From the IMG/VR virus record IMGVR_UViG_2851976983_000001, positions 1 through 64,000 of that record: 64,000 nt of DNA. One strand, 5' to 3'. Source of the DNA: a virus. Lineage: Duplodnaviria; Heunggongvirae; Uroviricota; Caudoviricetes. Under the pieces are notes generated by a model. The model ran no database searches. It had not been told where the DNA came from and saw nothing but the letters and a program-made list of their open reading frames with translations. Position numbers and translations under genes: made by a program. Within the stretch, counting starts at the first letter, position 1, and each line of letters starts with the position of its first letter. Shown piece after piece: positions 52,050 through 61,833 of the stretch.

Positions 52050-52309
52050 CATGTTGTGAAACCAGGGGCTACATAGGCAACAATGATTTCACCAGAGGGT
52101 TAAAGAATCCTGCTTTCACAACGTTGAGGCCGCTGAACCGATTTATGTTCGACCCAACATATTGATCAGTCACTACAGCTCTGTGGAATCACCTGTATGA
52201 TTAAAAGAAAAACAGTGACCTCAACGTTGTGCGCTGGCTAACCAAGCCAGCCGGGTTACGTCGCCGCTTTTAACCCAAGATTAAACGACATAAGTAATGG
52301 AAATGACGT

Positions 52310-52382
52310 AACAGGATGGACGGTCAGCTGGCTGAAACCGGGATGATGGAATGGAATGAGGAAACCAACCGTCCATCCTGTT
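52310..52382. repeat. 17-bp inverted repeat with about 40-nt loop
   Basis: GTAACAGGATGGACGGT ... ACCGTCCATCCTGTTAC; followed by hairpin AGGGCATG...CATGCCCT. Confidence 0.55.
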
Positions 52383-52616
52383 ACTTCATCGAATAGGGCA
52401 TGGGTGGTGCAACATGCCCTATCCTGCGTTCTGAAATCACACTCGCTCAGTGTGTCCCATTTCGGTGACGAGGCTGGAAACTGACCTCGCTGGTGTTTGG
52501 CTTCTTAGGCTACTGCCAGGTACGTATCTTCGTTTGCAGTTATATTTAACGTTCAAACAGTCGCATCTCAACGAAAACAAGTGAATCTTATACGTATTAA
52601 ATAAGTAAGTAAATGC

Positions 52617-52922
52617 TTATTTTTCTGTGGCTCGTTCAGTTGCTATCTTTTTGATCAAACTCACCTTCTGTTCCGGCGTTCTCGTGATGATGGCCGTAAA
52701 ACGCTTCGCATGAATAGTGATAGTTTCGTTCTCCTTCAGTTCACCGTAGTGAGTCTCCAGCAGAGAACCCAGGCGCCACAGGCCGTCGTCTATGCGTTTA
52801 TGGCTGGCAAATCTGATCAGCAGTAGCTTTACGATTAACTGACCAATGTAAAAGGCATATCCGAAGCCGGCCGCCACAAGGTAGGTTACCAGCCACCAGT
52901 AGAAAGAGGTCAAATTGCTCAT
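52617..52922 (-). CDS. membrane protein (101 aa)
   Basis: N-terminal hydrophobic FYWWLVTYLVAAGFGYAFYIGQLIV. Confidence 0.45.
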   Translation of the reverse strand: MSNLTSFYWWLVTYLVAAGFGYAFYIGQLIVKLLLIRFASHKRIDDGLWRLGSLLETHYGELKENETITIHAKRFTAIITRTPEQKVSLIKKIATERATEK

Positions 52923-53071
52923 TTCCGCACTCCCGTCTCGTGAACAACCCGATACAGACGCTTACCGATGCGAAGCGTTTTGGTTTCCAGTTCCTGCCTG
53001 ACCATATCGCGACAGATACTGAAGCCGAGGGCCACGCCCCCAGCAAAAGATAATAGGATGTATGGAATCAT
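52919..53071 (-). CDS. small membrane protein (50 aa)
   Basis: Hand translation MIPYILLSFAGGVALGFSICRDMV...; start lies inside 17-bp repeat copy 2. Confidence 0.35.
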   Translation of the reverse strand: MIPYILLSFAGGVALGFSICRDMVRQELETKTLRIGKRLYRVVHETGVRK

Positions 53072-53072
53072 C
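53056..53072. repeat. 17-bp direct repeat copy 2 (GGATGTATGGAATCATC)
   Basis: Identical to 52033-52049. Confidence 0.7.
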
Positions 53073-53283
53073 AGAACGCCCCCGCCTCAGTCAATTGCTG
53101 CAACAGTGAGTGTCCTTTTTCAGTGAGTTGATAGTTCTCCACACATCCCTTTGGCGAAACGTTAGCGACAAGATTCATACGTTCCAGTTTGGCGCGGGTC
53201 TTTGGCTTCCAGTTGGAATAGAACTCTTTCCATTGGCTGATTTCACGCAGAGTTTCCTTCTCCCGTTTACTTAACATGATCAT
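53071..53283 (-). CDS. hypothetical small protein (70 aa)
   Basis: ORF in overlapping string downstream of ligase. Confidence 0.4.
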   Translation of the reverse strand: MIMLSKREKETLREISQWKEFYSNWKPKTRAKLERMNLVANVSPKGCVENYQLTEKGHSLLQQLTEAGAF

Positions 53284-53443
53284 CCTTAATCTCCTTCAGT
53301 GTGTACGTGATATCTACAATGCGGTTAATGCGGCCGCGCCTCTGCATGACACCGGCTTTTACGTAATCGTTGATGCAGCTGGACGTAACCAGACTGCCGA
53401 TAACAATGCCGACGACCAAAAATACAATCATCCAGCCGAGCAT
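53267..53443 (-). CDS. small membrane protein (56 aa)
   Basis: Hand translation MLGWMIVFLVVGIVIGSLVTSSC...; start overlaps ligase stop. Confidence 0.35.
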   Translation of the reverse strand: MLGWMIVFLVVGIVIGSLVTSSCINDYVKAGVMQRRGRINRIVDITYTLKEIKDDHVK

Positions 53444-54765
53444 CAGTCTTTATCTCCAATACGGTCTTCGGTATCTCGCAGACATTTCGGCCACTTCAGA
53501 CGTGGGTGGCGTAAGCTACCGTCCGGCGTTTTCTCATGGCAGTGAACCTCGACGATGCGTCCACGATACTTCTCCTGATTGTTCCAGATCTCATCCAGGT
53601 ACTTATGCTTGATACCGCTGGCACGAACGATGACGCCGTTCTCCAGACGAATCACTATCTTGCCCAGCGTATGCGCAAAGCCAGAGTCCGGGTCGCCTGG
53701 CTCGAAGTCGATGATTTCACCGTCTTCGGAATCCTCGTCTTTCAACTTCCACCAGCTGCGGGTACGCTTGAACTCGTAAACAGAATCCGGATCTTTGCCC
53801 ATCTCCCCCTCTTCGTTCTCGTCCAGGCGCTTCATGAAGCGTTCGATAAAGTCTCCATGGCTATGGATGATGTAGAACGGATGCAGGTGGATATCTTGCG
53901 CGTAATCTTCCCCGCAAGTGTTGCGGAACAACGCCACCAGCATAGCCAGGCGCTCTTTCAGCTTCATGCCGGTCTTCAGGTACTCTTTGCTTTTTGCCTG
54001 AGCACGCCACTCCGGTAAGAAGAAATCGAAGATGTGGTAAACGGCACCAATGGCTTTCACGTTCTTCTTGCGAAGCGCCGATACGGACTGGTTGAACGTA
54101 CCTGCAGTACCCTCACCATCGAAGAAGATGTGCTTGAACCCGGAGAGTCTGCCTCGCTCCAGCATGGCCGGTTTAAGGTGATCGAGTGACGTAATCGGAT
54201 TTCCGGTACGCGTCAGGAAGTTCACCTCTTCCTCGTCAACGATGACTTCGCAGATAACCCGGAGACCATCGAGTTTGAGGCTGCCGATCATTGGCCACTT
54301 GGCCTTTGGATTTGGTTTAAATGGGTATTTGTCGCCTTTCTCCTTGTACGGAGACGCCAGCTGTACCTCAAACTTCGGAATTGGGTTTTCGAACACCTTG
54401 TTGCACAGGCTGATGCCGACGCCGGCTTTCGGATCTTTCAGCAGGAAGCGACGAAACACGTCCTGCCCGTCAGCGCACATTGAGGCAACGAGTGATTCGA
54501 CAGCAGTAATGGCCGCGTTCCCGGTCAGTTCGCGCGCCGCCAGCTTCTCCAGCAGCTCGACTACCTTCTGGTCGATGGGTACGGAAGTATCGAGTGGCTC
54601 GACCACTTTGTACTTCTTCACACCGAATCGAATGAATGGGTTGAGCATTAGCGAGACCATGCTCTGCTCAAATTCATCAAGGTTGGCCAGCGCCTCTTTT
54701 TTGGCGTTGGTTCCCATCGTTTTTATGGCATCCAGCTTGTGCTTTAGGGCGATCAGTTTTTCCAT
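53443..54765 (-). CDS. ATP-dependent DNA ligase
   Basis: Adenylation motif I KLDGLR, motif III FFDGE, motif V WWKLK; 440 aa. Confidence 0.85.
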   Translation of the reverse strand: MEKLIALKHKLDAIKTMGTNAKKEALANLDEFEQSMVSLMLNPFIRFGVKKYKVVEPLDTSVPIDQKVVELLEKLAARELTGNAAITAVESLVASMCADGQDVFRRFLLKDPKAGVGISLCNKVFENPIPKFEVQLASPYKEKGDKYPFKPNPKAKWPMIGSLKLDGLRVICEVIVDEEEVNFLTRTGNPITSLDHLKPAMLERGRLSGFKHIFFDGEGTAGTFNQSVSALRKKNVKAIGAVYHIFDFFLPEWRAQAKSKEYLKTGMKLKERLAMLVALFRNTCGEDYAQDIHLHPFYIIHSHGDFIERFMKRLDENEEGEMGKDPDSVYEFKRTRSWWKLKDEDSEDGEIIDFEPGDPDSGFAHTLGKIVIRLENGVIVRASGIKHKYLDEIWNNQEKYRGRIVEVHCHEKTPDGSLRHPRLKWPKCLRDTEDRIGDKD

Positions 54766-54803
54766 TAGTGTTTAACCTCCATCGGTCGCTCGGGAGTTTT
54801 CAT
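54766..54803 (-). CDS. 12-codon mini-ORF bridging two genes
   Basis: ATGAAAACTCCCGAGCGACCGATGGAGGTTAAACACTAA; ATGA overlap with upstream stop and TAATG overlap with ligase start; carries conserved AAAGAAAACAC-ATG motif. Confidence 0.3.
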
Positions 54804-55263
54804 GTGTTTTCTTTGGTTGCTTCTTCAATGAGTGCCGCGTACACGTCAGTGACAGGCCCCAGTGAATCGGTGGACGTGGTTTCGGGTTTGGCTGGTTCTG
54901 TTTTCTTCGTGCGTTGAATCGTCATGGTGTTGCGCTTCCGGGTAAGCGTTCTGGCGTGGTCGTTTTGCTCTTCCACTTCTTTGATAAGCGCAGCCATATC
55001 GATGAAGTAGAGCTGTTCGCCTTTGCGGATCTCTTCGACCATCATCTTCAGCGCCTGGCATTTTCCAGCAGCAATGGCCGCAGCGCAGGACTGGAACGAT
55101 GTCGCTGGGAGACGCTTCTCTTTGTAGGCGAGGATGGTGTGCTGGCAGACTGTATAGCTGCAATGGGCCTCATGGCCGTTGATCTTCACTTCCTGACAGC
55201 GCAGCGAATAACCGTTGTTTCCGGAGATAGACGGGATTTTCGACAAATCTGTTTTTGTGGACA
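54800..55263 (-). CDS. Cys/His-rich hypothetical protein
   Basis: Track ORF 54800..55342; internal start MSTKTDL preferred; cluster CQEVKINGHEAHCSYTVCQH. Confidence 0.4.
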
Positions 55264-55345
55264 TGCTTCTAACCGTAGTCGTGTACTTACTTATTGAGCG
55301 CAGTTTAAAAAAGCCCCACCAGGGGGCTAAATGGTTTATCAAGGC

Positions 55346-56140
55346 TTACCAGGTAGCCCAGCCAGTCATTTTGTCCTGAGCGGCTTCGAACCGGTATGGT
55401 TCCAGTAAATCGTTGGCATGGTGGACGGCGTAGGATTTTGCCTCCTGTTTAATCATCGGCAGCTCGTTGGCCAGGCGTGCCACCTGCCCTGCAAAACTGG
55501 CGAGCACACCGTCACATGTCTGACCCGCGTCGACAATGATGCGCACCAGGTCTAAGTCGCTGCGGCACATATCGCAGATGATGCCGTATTCCACCTCACG
55601 AATGCGCTCAACGGCTTTTTTGGTATCGCCACTGACCACCAACTCCAGCAAACCAGGTGGGGTTGTCAGATCTGTAACGCGTTCGGTAACTTCAGGCAGT
55701 TCGACAATGCTCAGGAACGCCGCGATAGAAGGATCATCCTCTACGCCAGCCCTGCCTTTGATCGCGCGAAGAGTCGCGTCGACAATTTCCTCAAACCGTT
55801 CACCTTCATCGCACACTGCCTGATTGGTGTAGACAACGCGACCGTCGTACCATGCACCGGCGCGTACTTCGACCGTTGCGTCCTTCATTTTGCGAGTGAA
55901 CGCCACGAGTGCCGCGCGTTTCTGTTTAACACCAGGCAGCTCCGGGGACTCCCCAAAACGAACCCAGACCCGCATGTATTTCGAGCCTTCCGAAAGAGGT
56001 GCGGTGCTCACAGACGTGGCGATGTGCTCCAGCGCAGTCTGGATCGCCTCATCGATAATCTTCTGGCGCTCTTCTGTATCAATTTCTACGCCTGATTTGT
56101 CGATGATTTCGGTAACGGACTTCTGAATATCTGCTTTCAT
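55346..56140 (-). CDS. hypothetical protein (264 aa)
   Basis: ORF; palindromic TAAGTA-type motif upstream. Confidence 0.5.
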   Translation of the reverse strand: MKADIQKSVTEIIDKSGVEIDTEERQKIIDEAIQTALEHIATSVSTAPLSEGSKYMRVWVRFGESPELPGVKQKRAALVAFTRKMKDATVEVRAGAWYDGRVVYTNQAVCDEGERFEEIVDATLRAIKGRAGVEDDPSIAAFLSIVELPEVTERVTDLTTPPGLLELVVSGDTKKAVERIREVEYGIICDMCRSDLDLVRIIVDAGQTCDGVLASFAGQVARLANELPMIKQEAKSYAVHHANDLLEPYRFEAAQDKMTGWATW

Positions 56141-56323
56141 AAAGGTTCCTCAATTCCTTCGTCGAGCATATTCTTACAGAAATATAAGTATGTATCTACT
56201 TATCAATGTAGGCGTTTAGTTTCGTTTATAAAAAATGCTCTTAATCTTGTCCAGTTGTAGCTGTCAGGTCACTTCTATATGATTTCACTTAACTAATACG
56301 TTAAACACACAAGGCTTAGGTCT

Positions 56324-57376
56324 ATGACAACGTTGTCCAAAAACGTGATGCAACACAGGAAGGTATTGAAAGAAACTGGTTTGGCGTTTGCCAAATCTAT
56401 ACCGCTTGTTGGACCTCATATTGAGGCAGCGGAAAAAATGTTCACGTTGTTCTCAGAGATAAATGCGACGACTTGTCGTGATCGATTCAACCGTTACATT
56501 ATGGGCATTGGTGAAATTTGCGACGATGAGGTCGATATCTCAAGAGAACACTTTTCGGCGTTAGTCAAAAAGCTCGTGCTTGATGATGAAGACAAGAAAA
56601 CAGAATACTACATTCGCTTGACGGTAAGCCTAGCCCGCAGCAGCCTTAACGACGATGAAAAACTATTTTTTATCCACATACTGAGTGGGTTAACCTGCTT
56701 TGATATTGAATATGCGCGCAAACTTTACATCACAACAAGCTCGCCAATAAAAGGCTATAAATCAACTGTATTAGCCCAAGTTAGCCTCACATCACAAAAA
56801 AGTGGAATGGCTCTGAGATCGCTAAATAAGCTCATAACCTCGGGTCTCGTCTACGAAGACAGGGCTGGCGAGATCCAAGCGAACCCCATGTTCAAATTAA
56901 CAGATGAACTTGAGCGTCTTTTAGGATTTATTTTTCACAAGGATGATTTGGAGCCTGAAGCTTTATCTATTGAGCCAAAGGAAGAATACGACGTCATTAT
57001 CATTGAAAGCAGCGAAATCTATAGTGGGGCATATCCAAACAGCATTTATCGTAGTTTGAAAGCCGCCGGCATTAAGGTTTGCATAGAAAAAAATGAAGAC
57101 TGCATTACAACCAAGCTGGCAAAGTACTTCATCTCAGTCAAAACAGGGAGCGGACTCAATGGTGAAGGTGAGTGGATTGAATTTGGGCAAATTTACGTCC
57201 TCAAACGCCTAGATTCAAGCAGTAAACGTTTCTATGAAAATGAGCACAGTGAGACAGTCAGTATCAGCAATTTTAAACCTAAGGATAACGACCAAACATA
57301 TGATGCAAGTTTGCTAAATATAGCACTAAATAATATCGCTGCGTTTGTCCTGAACCGTCTGTCTCCCACAACTTAA
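56324..57376 (+). CDS. orphan hypothetical protein (350 aa), opposite strand, lower GC
   Basis: Only plus-strand gene between 45.8 and 61.0 kb; visibly AT-richer than flanks; own AT-rich upstream region; converges on primase stop with 1-nt gap. Confidence 0.55.
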   Translation: MTTLSKNVMQHRKVLKETGLAFAKSIPLVGPHIEAAEKMFTLFSEINATTCRDRFNRYIMGIGEICDDEVDISREHFSALVKKLVLDDEDKKTEYYIRLTVSLARSSLNDDEKLFFIHILSGLTCFDIEYARKLYITTSSPIKGYKSTVLAQVSLTSQKSGMALRSLNKLITSGLVYEDRAGEIQANPMFKLTDELERLLGFIFHKDDLEPEALSIEPKEEYDVIIIESSEIYSGAYPNSIYRSLKAAGIKVCIEKNEDCITTKLAKYFISVKTGSGLNGEGEWIEFGQIYVLKRLDSSSKRFYENEHSETVSISNFKPKDNDQTYDASLLNIALNNIAAFVLNRLSPTT

Positions 57377-57377
57377 A

Positions 57378-58562
57378 CTACACGAGTGACTCGATACCGA
57401 GCACTTTGCATTTTAACTCCAGCTGTTTGGAGTAAGGCTTGGCACGATAATAGGCTTTGAGGATCTGCTCTGGCGTCGCGTCGCCGGGGTCGAGACCTTC
57501 TTCGCCCAGACAGGCCACTTTGACATTTAGTCCGATGCTGGTGAGGCGTTTGGCCGCCGACATGGTGTTGCGGATCGCTTGCTTCTCGCTATCCCACATC
57601 ATGATGACGTTGCGTAATCCACGCGCCTTGAGCGTCAGGAACGCGCCCAACTGATCTTCAGCGTCCTCATTCATATTTCCGGACAAGTGCATCCCGAACG
57701 TGCCAATTGGCTCTACATAATCCCTCAGCGTCTTTTCGTCGAAGATGGCTCGCTTCACGCCCATTACGTCAAATGCCCCTTCACACACAACGACTGTTTG
57801 TTTCCCGACTGCGTTGTGGCCGTTGTAGAGAAACTTACCCGACGCCGGCAGCTGCATAGGGAAGAGATAACGGCGTTCTGCTGCACCGGTAATGTCACGC
57901 CCCTGGAAGGTCTTCATCACGCCATCCAGATCGTAAACCGGTATCAGGATGCGCATATCAAACACCTGCCCTTTGACCTGGTCTGTGTACGGATCGACGT
58001 ATGCGTGCTTGCCTTCGACGCAGTAACGCAGATCAAAGTATTTGGCCAGATCCGGGGAGATATGGCGCTCCACCAGATAATCAGGAAGACGACCGTCAAT
58101 GGGGAGTTCGTAATGTCGAGGGAGAGCTACTGGCCCTTCGAGTTCAACCTTGCTGGCCAGCACGACCTCTTCCTTCTTCGGCGCCCATCCTTGTGAGATC
58201 AGCGCGTTCTGCACATATTCCTCGAACTGTCGTCGTGATTTACCGCTGTAGTGCTTGAGGAAGACCAGCTTATTGAACTGAATCTCTTCGGGATGATCAC
58301 CAGCAAAGCATTTGCCGACGCCACTGGTCAGATTGAAATATACCTTCCAGTTGGAGCTGCCACATACCGGACACTCCTTGATATTCACTTCACGACCGCG
58401 AGCACTCACGCCTCCACGTCGATAAACGATACCTTCAGTGTCCAACCATTGTTCAAAATCTAATTCGGTAATTAGCTCTTTCAGCTCGCTCACGATAATT
58501 CCACTTTTAATAGGCAATATTGTGACCAACCTAAATGTTGATATAACATAAAGGCTCATGTG
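57378..58562 (-). CDS. DNA primase (zinc-finger plus Toprim)
   Basis: Zinc ribbon CPVCGSS...CFAGDH, Toprim VVVCEGAFDV; start set at MSLYVIS by the conserved AGAAAAACAC-ATG motif. Confidence 0.7.
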   Translation of the reverse strand, partial: HMSLYVISTFRLVTILPIKSGIIVSELKELITELDFEQWLDTEGIVYRRGGVSARGREVNIKECPVCGSSNWKVYFNLTSGVGKCFAGDHPEEIQFNKLVFLKHYSGKSRRQFEEYVQNALISQGWAPKKEEVVLASKVELEGPVALPRHYELPIDGRLPDYLVERHISPDLAKYFDLRYCVEGKHAYVDPYTDQVKGQVFDMRILIPVYDLDGVMKTFQGRDITGAAERRYLFPMQLPASGKFLYNGHNAVGKQTVVVCEGAFDVMGVKRAIFDEKTLRDYVEPIGTFGMHLSGNMNEDAEDQLGAFLTLKARGLRNVIMMWDSEKQAIRNTMSAAKRLTSIGLNVKVACLGEEGLDPGDATPEQILKAYYRAKPYSKQLELKCKVLGIESLV

Positions 58563-58640
58563 TTTTTCTTTTGTGGTTTGGCAAAAGAAAAGTTGTTTCA
58601 CCAATGAATCAAGCGTGGAGGTGTTCTCCACGCTTATTTT

Positions 58641-59981
58641 TTAGGTAACGTCTAAGATTCGCTCAATGAAGCGCATTTGTTCGAGTTTTTGTTTAACGCG
58701 AATGCTGATCCCTCCCTGCTGGTTACGTGAACCAGCAAAGTAGAGACGAGCCTCTCCTTTCGCTTCTTCTTCTTCGGTTTTGTTGATCGTTATTACCAGG
58801 TCAGCAATACGTACTTTTTCGATGTTGTCGGCGGCGTGCATCATTGTGGCAACTTCTGACGCGCCACCTTCACGGTTTGTCTGCGATGCCGTGATTCCAG
58901 CAACGTTATGTTTGTCATAAAGAGCACGTAAATCGGTGTAGATACTACGAATGTTGGCGCGATCATCACGAAGGTCATAACTGGCACGCATCAAATCTGC
59001 GTAGTCGACAACAACCATGTCAGGCACCATGCCGTTGGCTTTCATGCTGTTAAGCATACGGTCCAGATCTGCCGGTGACATACTTCCTGACGGACGCTCA
59101 ACCACCCACAAACTACCAATCCCCTTCGTGGCTCCCAACTCTGCCAACTTACGATGAACCTCATCGCGCCGTTCCACCAGCTTGGACATTTCCGTCTCCG
59201 ACAATCTTGCATCAAAACGGTCGGATAAAATGGTAGTGTGAACCTCCAGCGAGAGATACAGAACATTGTAGCCAGCAAGCGTTGCGTTTATGGAAAACTC
59301 ACCCATTGCGGTCGATTTACCGGATTTAGCGAACCCCATGAAGAGCACCATTTCACGCTTCGCCCAGCCTTTTTGGTACAGCAACCTATCGAGCAGAGGG
59401 AGTCCAGTTGTAATGCTGTTTGGCACATACTCCTCTGAAGCCTCATATTCACGCGCTTTCAATCGCTCACTTGCGGAGGTGTAGTAGTCATAGATTCCGG
59501 TCGCTTCGTTCGATCCAATCTGCTGAACCTTGGCCATGATTGCCATCGCCCCCTGAAAGTCGCCTTTCTCTTTCAGTTCAGCAGCCTTAATCAGAGCATC
59601 ATCAAACGCTACGCTTTTTGCGAAGGTTGATACCTGGTCAACCATGTACGAGGTATCGGACAATTTTTCTGCAAGGATGCGCTTAAACGCAGCAACAACA
59701 TCGGCGAATAGTTCCTCACGGATAGTCTTATCGCGTTTCGCACGCTTAAGCATATCCAGAATTGCAGATGAAGAGGGCGCGCTCTTGTACATACGGTAAT
59801 AGCCCGAAACCATATTAACCAATATGGCATTGGCCGCATTGGCAAATTGGCTAGGCACAACCAGATCTCCCGCACGAGTAAGAAACTCGTGATCACGACA
59901 AAAATATGCCGTCAGTCTGTTCTGGAAATCTTCATCAAACTCTTCGGACAGCCCGCGTCCTGTATGGCAAAGTTCGGTCAT
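58641..59981 (-). CDS. DnaB-family replicative DNA helicase
   Basis: Walker A GFAKSGKST, Walker B VVVDYADLM, ITASQTNR motif; 446 aa. Confidence 0.8.
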   Translation of the reverse strand: MTELCHTGRGLSEEFDEDFQNRLTAYFCRDHEFLTRAGDLVVPSQFANAANAILVNMVSGYYRMYKSAPSSSAILDMLKRAKRDKTIREELFADVVAAFKRILAEKLSDTSYMVDQVSTFAKSVAFDDALIKAAELKEKGDFQGAMAIMAKVQQIGSNEATGIYDYYTSASERLKAREYEASEEYVPNSITTGLPLLDRLLYQKGWAKREMVLFMGFAKSGKSTAMGEFSINATLAGYNVLYLSLEVHTTILSDRFDARLSETEMSKLVERRDEVHRKLAELGATKGIGSLWVVERPSGSMSPADLDRMLNSMKANGMVPDMVVVDYADLMRASYDLRDDRANIRSIYTDLRALYDKHNVAGITASQTNREGGASEVATMMHAADNIEKVRIADLVITINKTEEEEAKGEARLYFAGSRNQQGGISIRVKQKLEQMRFIERILDVT

Positions 59982-60024
59982 GTGCTTTCCTTTGTTTTTT
60001 AAACAAATTGTTTTCTAGTATTAG

Positions 60025-60765
60025 TTAATTAGATAGGGGATCAATAAACCGCCGTGCTTCTTCCAGTTCTTCTGGAAAGTGGGCGGAAATAAGGCGCTCT
60101 GGAACGATTTCCATTAGCCAGATAGCGGAGAAAATTGCGCGTATGCGCTTGCTGCGGGGGATGGTGCGTAAACGCTCCAGAATCCACTCAAAATAGCTTT
60201 CCTGGATCGGGTTGAACTGCATGTCTCCCATATGCTTAAAGCTAACCAGAGAGTCATCCAGACGGGTTGTTGCGCGTCTGGCTAATTTCTCTTCAAATAT
60301 CTCAATCAGTTCTGGCTGCCATAAATGCTGTGGGCGCGGCAGCTTGTCCCACAGCCGTCGTGCAGCTGCGGAAAGAACGGTGGAGATAAAGTAGTCGTAT
60401 GAGCAGCAATAGCGGTCAGCAAACTGGCGTGCTTTCCATAGAGACGTTTTATTGGCAGTCGACAACTCCTGATAAGGCAGGCGTTTTAACCCGGTGGTGA
60501 ACGGAGCTGTTTCAAAGTGTTCTCGACCGTGCGTCAGCATGATATTTGAGTACTGACGTTTGTATGCCTCCGTAAAAAGACAGGTGGCCATGAGAGGATG
60601 CATGTCGCGGTAATCAAACCACTTCGTCTCGAAGAGTTCAGCCTCGTCTTTACAGCGCGACAAACCAATGTTTTCAGCGACCCACTTGTCCATAACAGCG
60701 GTATTCCACTCTGTCATGAAGTCGTACTGGTCGTTGTCGATGGTATCGAAAAAGATTTGGCTCAT
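60025..60765 (-). CDS. hypothetical protein (246 aa)
   Basis: ORF; TAAGTA-type motif upstream. Confidence 0.5.
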   Translation of the reverse strand: MSQIFFDTIDNDQYDFMTEWNTAVMDKWVAENIGLSRCKDEAELFETKWFDYRDMHPLMATCLFTEAYKRQYSNIMLTHGREHFETAPFTTGLKRLPYQELSTANKTSLWKARQFADRYCCSYDYFISTVLSAAARRLWDKLPRPQHLWQPELIEIFEEKLARRATTRLDDSLVSFKHMGDMQFNPIQESYFEWILERLRTIPRSKRIRAIFSAIWLMEIVPERLISAHFPEELEEARRFIDPLSN

Positions 60766-61047
60766 GTGGCTCGCCTGGTAGGTAGTTACTTACTTATCAC
60801 AATGAGCGAATGATAGCGACTGGTGGCAGTTTTTGGAAGTGGAAACGGAAGGGAGTTGTTCTGGTGGTGTCTTTTAAAAGACCTGCTTCCGTATATATTT
60901 AATAAGTTACTTATTATTTATATATACAGAAGCAGGCATAACTTGTCGTCTTAGACGCCCAGAAGCTCTACACTTTGAGCCTGTTAAATTGATTAAAAAC
61001 TTATGTGTAAAATAGAACGCATTAGTCAGTAGCTAAGAGATGCAATA

Positions 61048-61815
61048 ATGGACGATTTATCGGTATACGCGAGATCATTGGATAAGGCTAAATACTATGT
61101 TTACTGTCTCTATGATACAGAAGACAAGATGAAAAGACCGTTTTACATAGGAAAAGGCAAATCGACTCGTTGTCTCGATCACATCAAGTATCCCGATGAC
61201 TCTCCCAAATCCATGCGGATCAAAGAACTTTTGGCTAATAAAAAATTAGGCATAGATATACTTCGTCATGGTATGGATGAAACCACAGCCAAACTTGTTG
61301 AGGCGACATGCATCGACCTTATGGGGGTCGGAGAGCTTACGAATAAGGTTCGAGGAAGTGGTTCCATGATGGGCAGAATATCACTGGACGCCTACCATCA
61401 CTTAGTGCTGCAAGAGGAAACTGAAATTGCTCCTGAGCACGCCGGTCTTGCCTTCCTGCTAAACAGCACCTACAAGTCAGGAATGTCCGCTCTGGCATTA
61501 TATGAAGCTACGCGTGGCGTATGGGCAAAGGTTCCAAGAGACGAGAATCTCAAATATGCCTACGCTACATATGGTGGGCTGATAATGGAAGTTTATCAGA
61601 TTGAATGCTGGGTCAAAGCCGGTTCTCAGCAGTACTTTACAAGGGATATAGCTCTTGGCCCCGACACAAAACGTTATGAATTTGTTGGCAGAATAGCCGA
61701 TGAGCATATTAGAAAACTGTATGTAGGCAAATTAATCAAGAAGCCACCAAGCTACGGTAGCCCTTTTGTGAAGGTTGGGGTGGTTAGGACTGAACATAGT
61801 GTTAGCGCGGCATAA
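61048..61815 (+). CDS. GIY-YIG nuclease-domain protein (free-standing)
   Basis: N-terminal YYVYCLY...FYIGKGKSTR...DH resembles GIY-YIG; opposite strand to neighbours; own terminator. Confidence 0.55.
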   Translation: MDDLSVYARSLDKAKYYVYCLYDTEDKMKRPFYIGKGKSTRCLDHIKYPDDSPKSMRIKELLANKKLGIDILRHGMDETTAKLVEATCIDLMGVGELTNKVRGSGSMMGRISLDAYHHLVLQEETEIAPEHAGLAFLLNSTYKSGMSALALYEATRGVWAKVPRDENLKYAYATYGGLIMEVYQIECWVKAGSQQYFTRDIALGPDTKRYEFVGRIADEHIRKLYVGKLIKKPPSYGSPFVKVGVVRTEHSVSAA

Positions 61816-61833
61816 AGCTGACACAGTAGTTAT

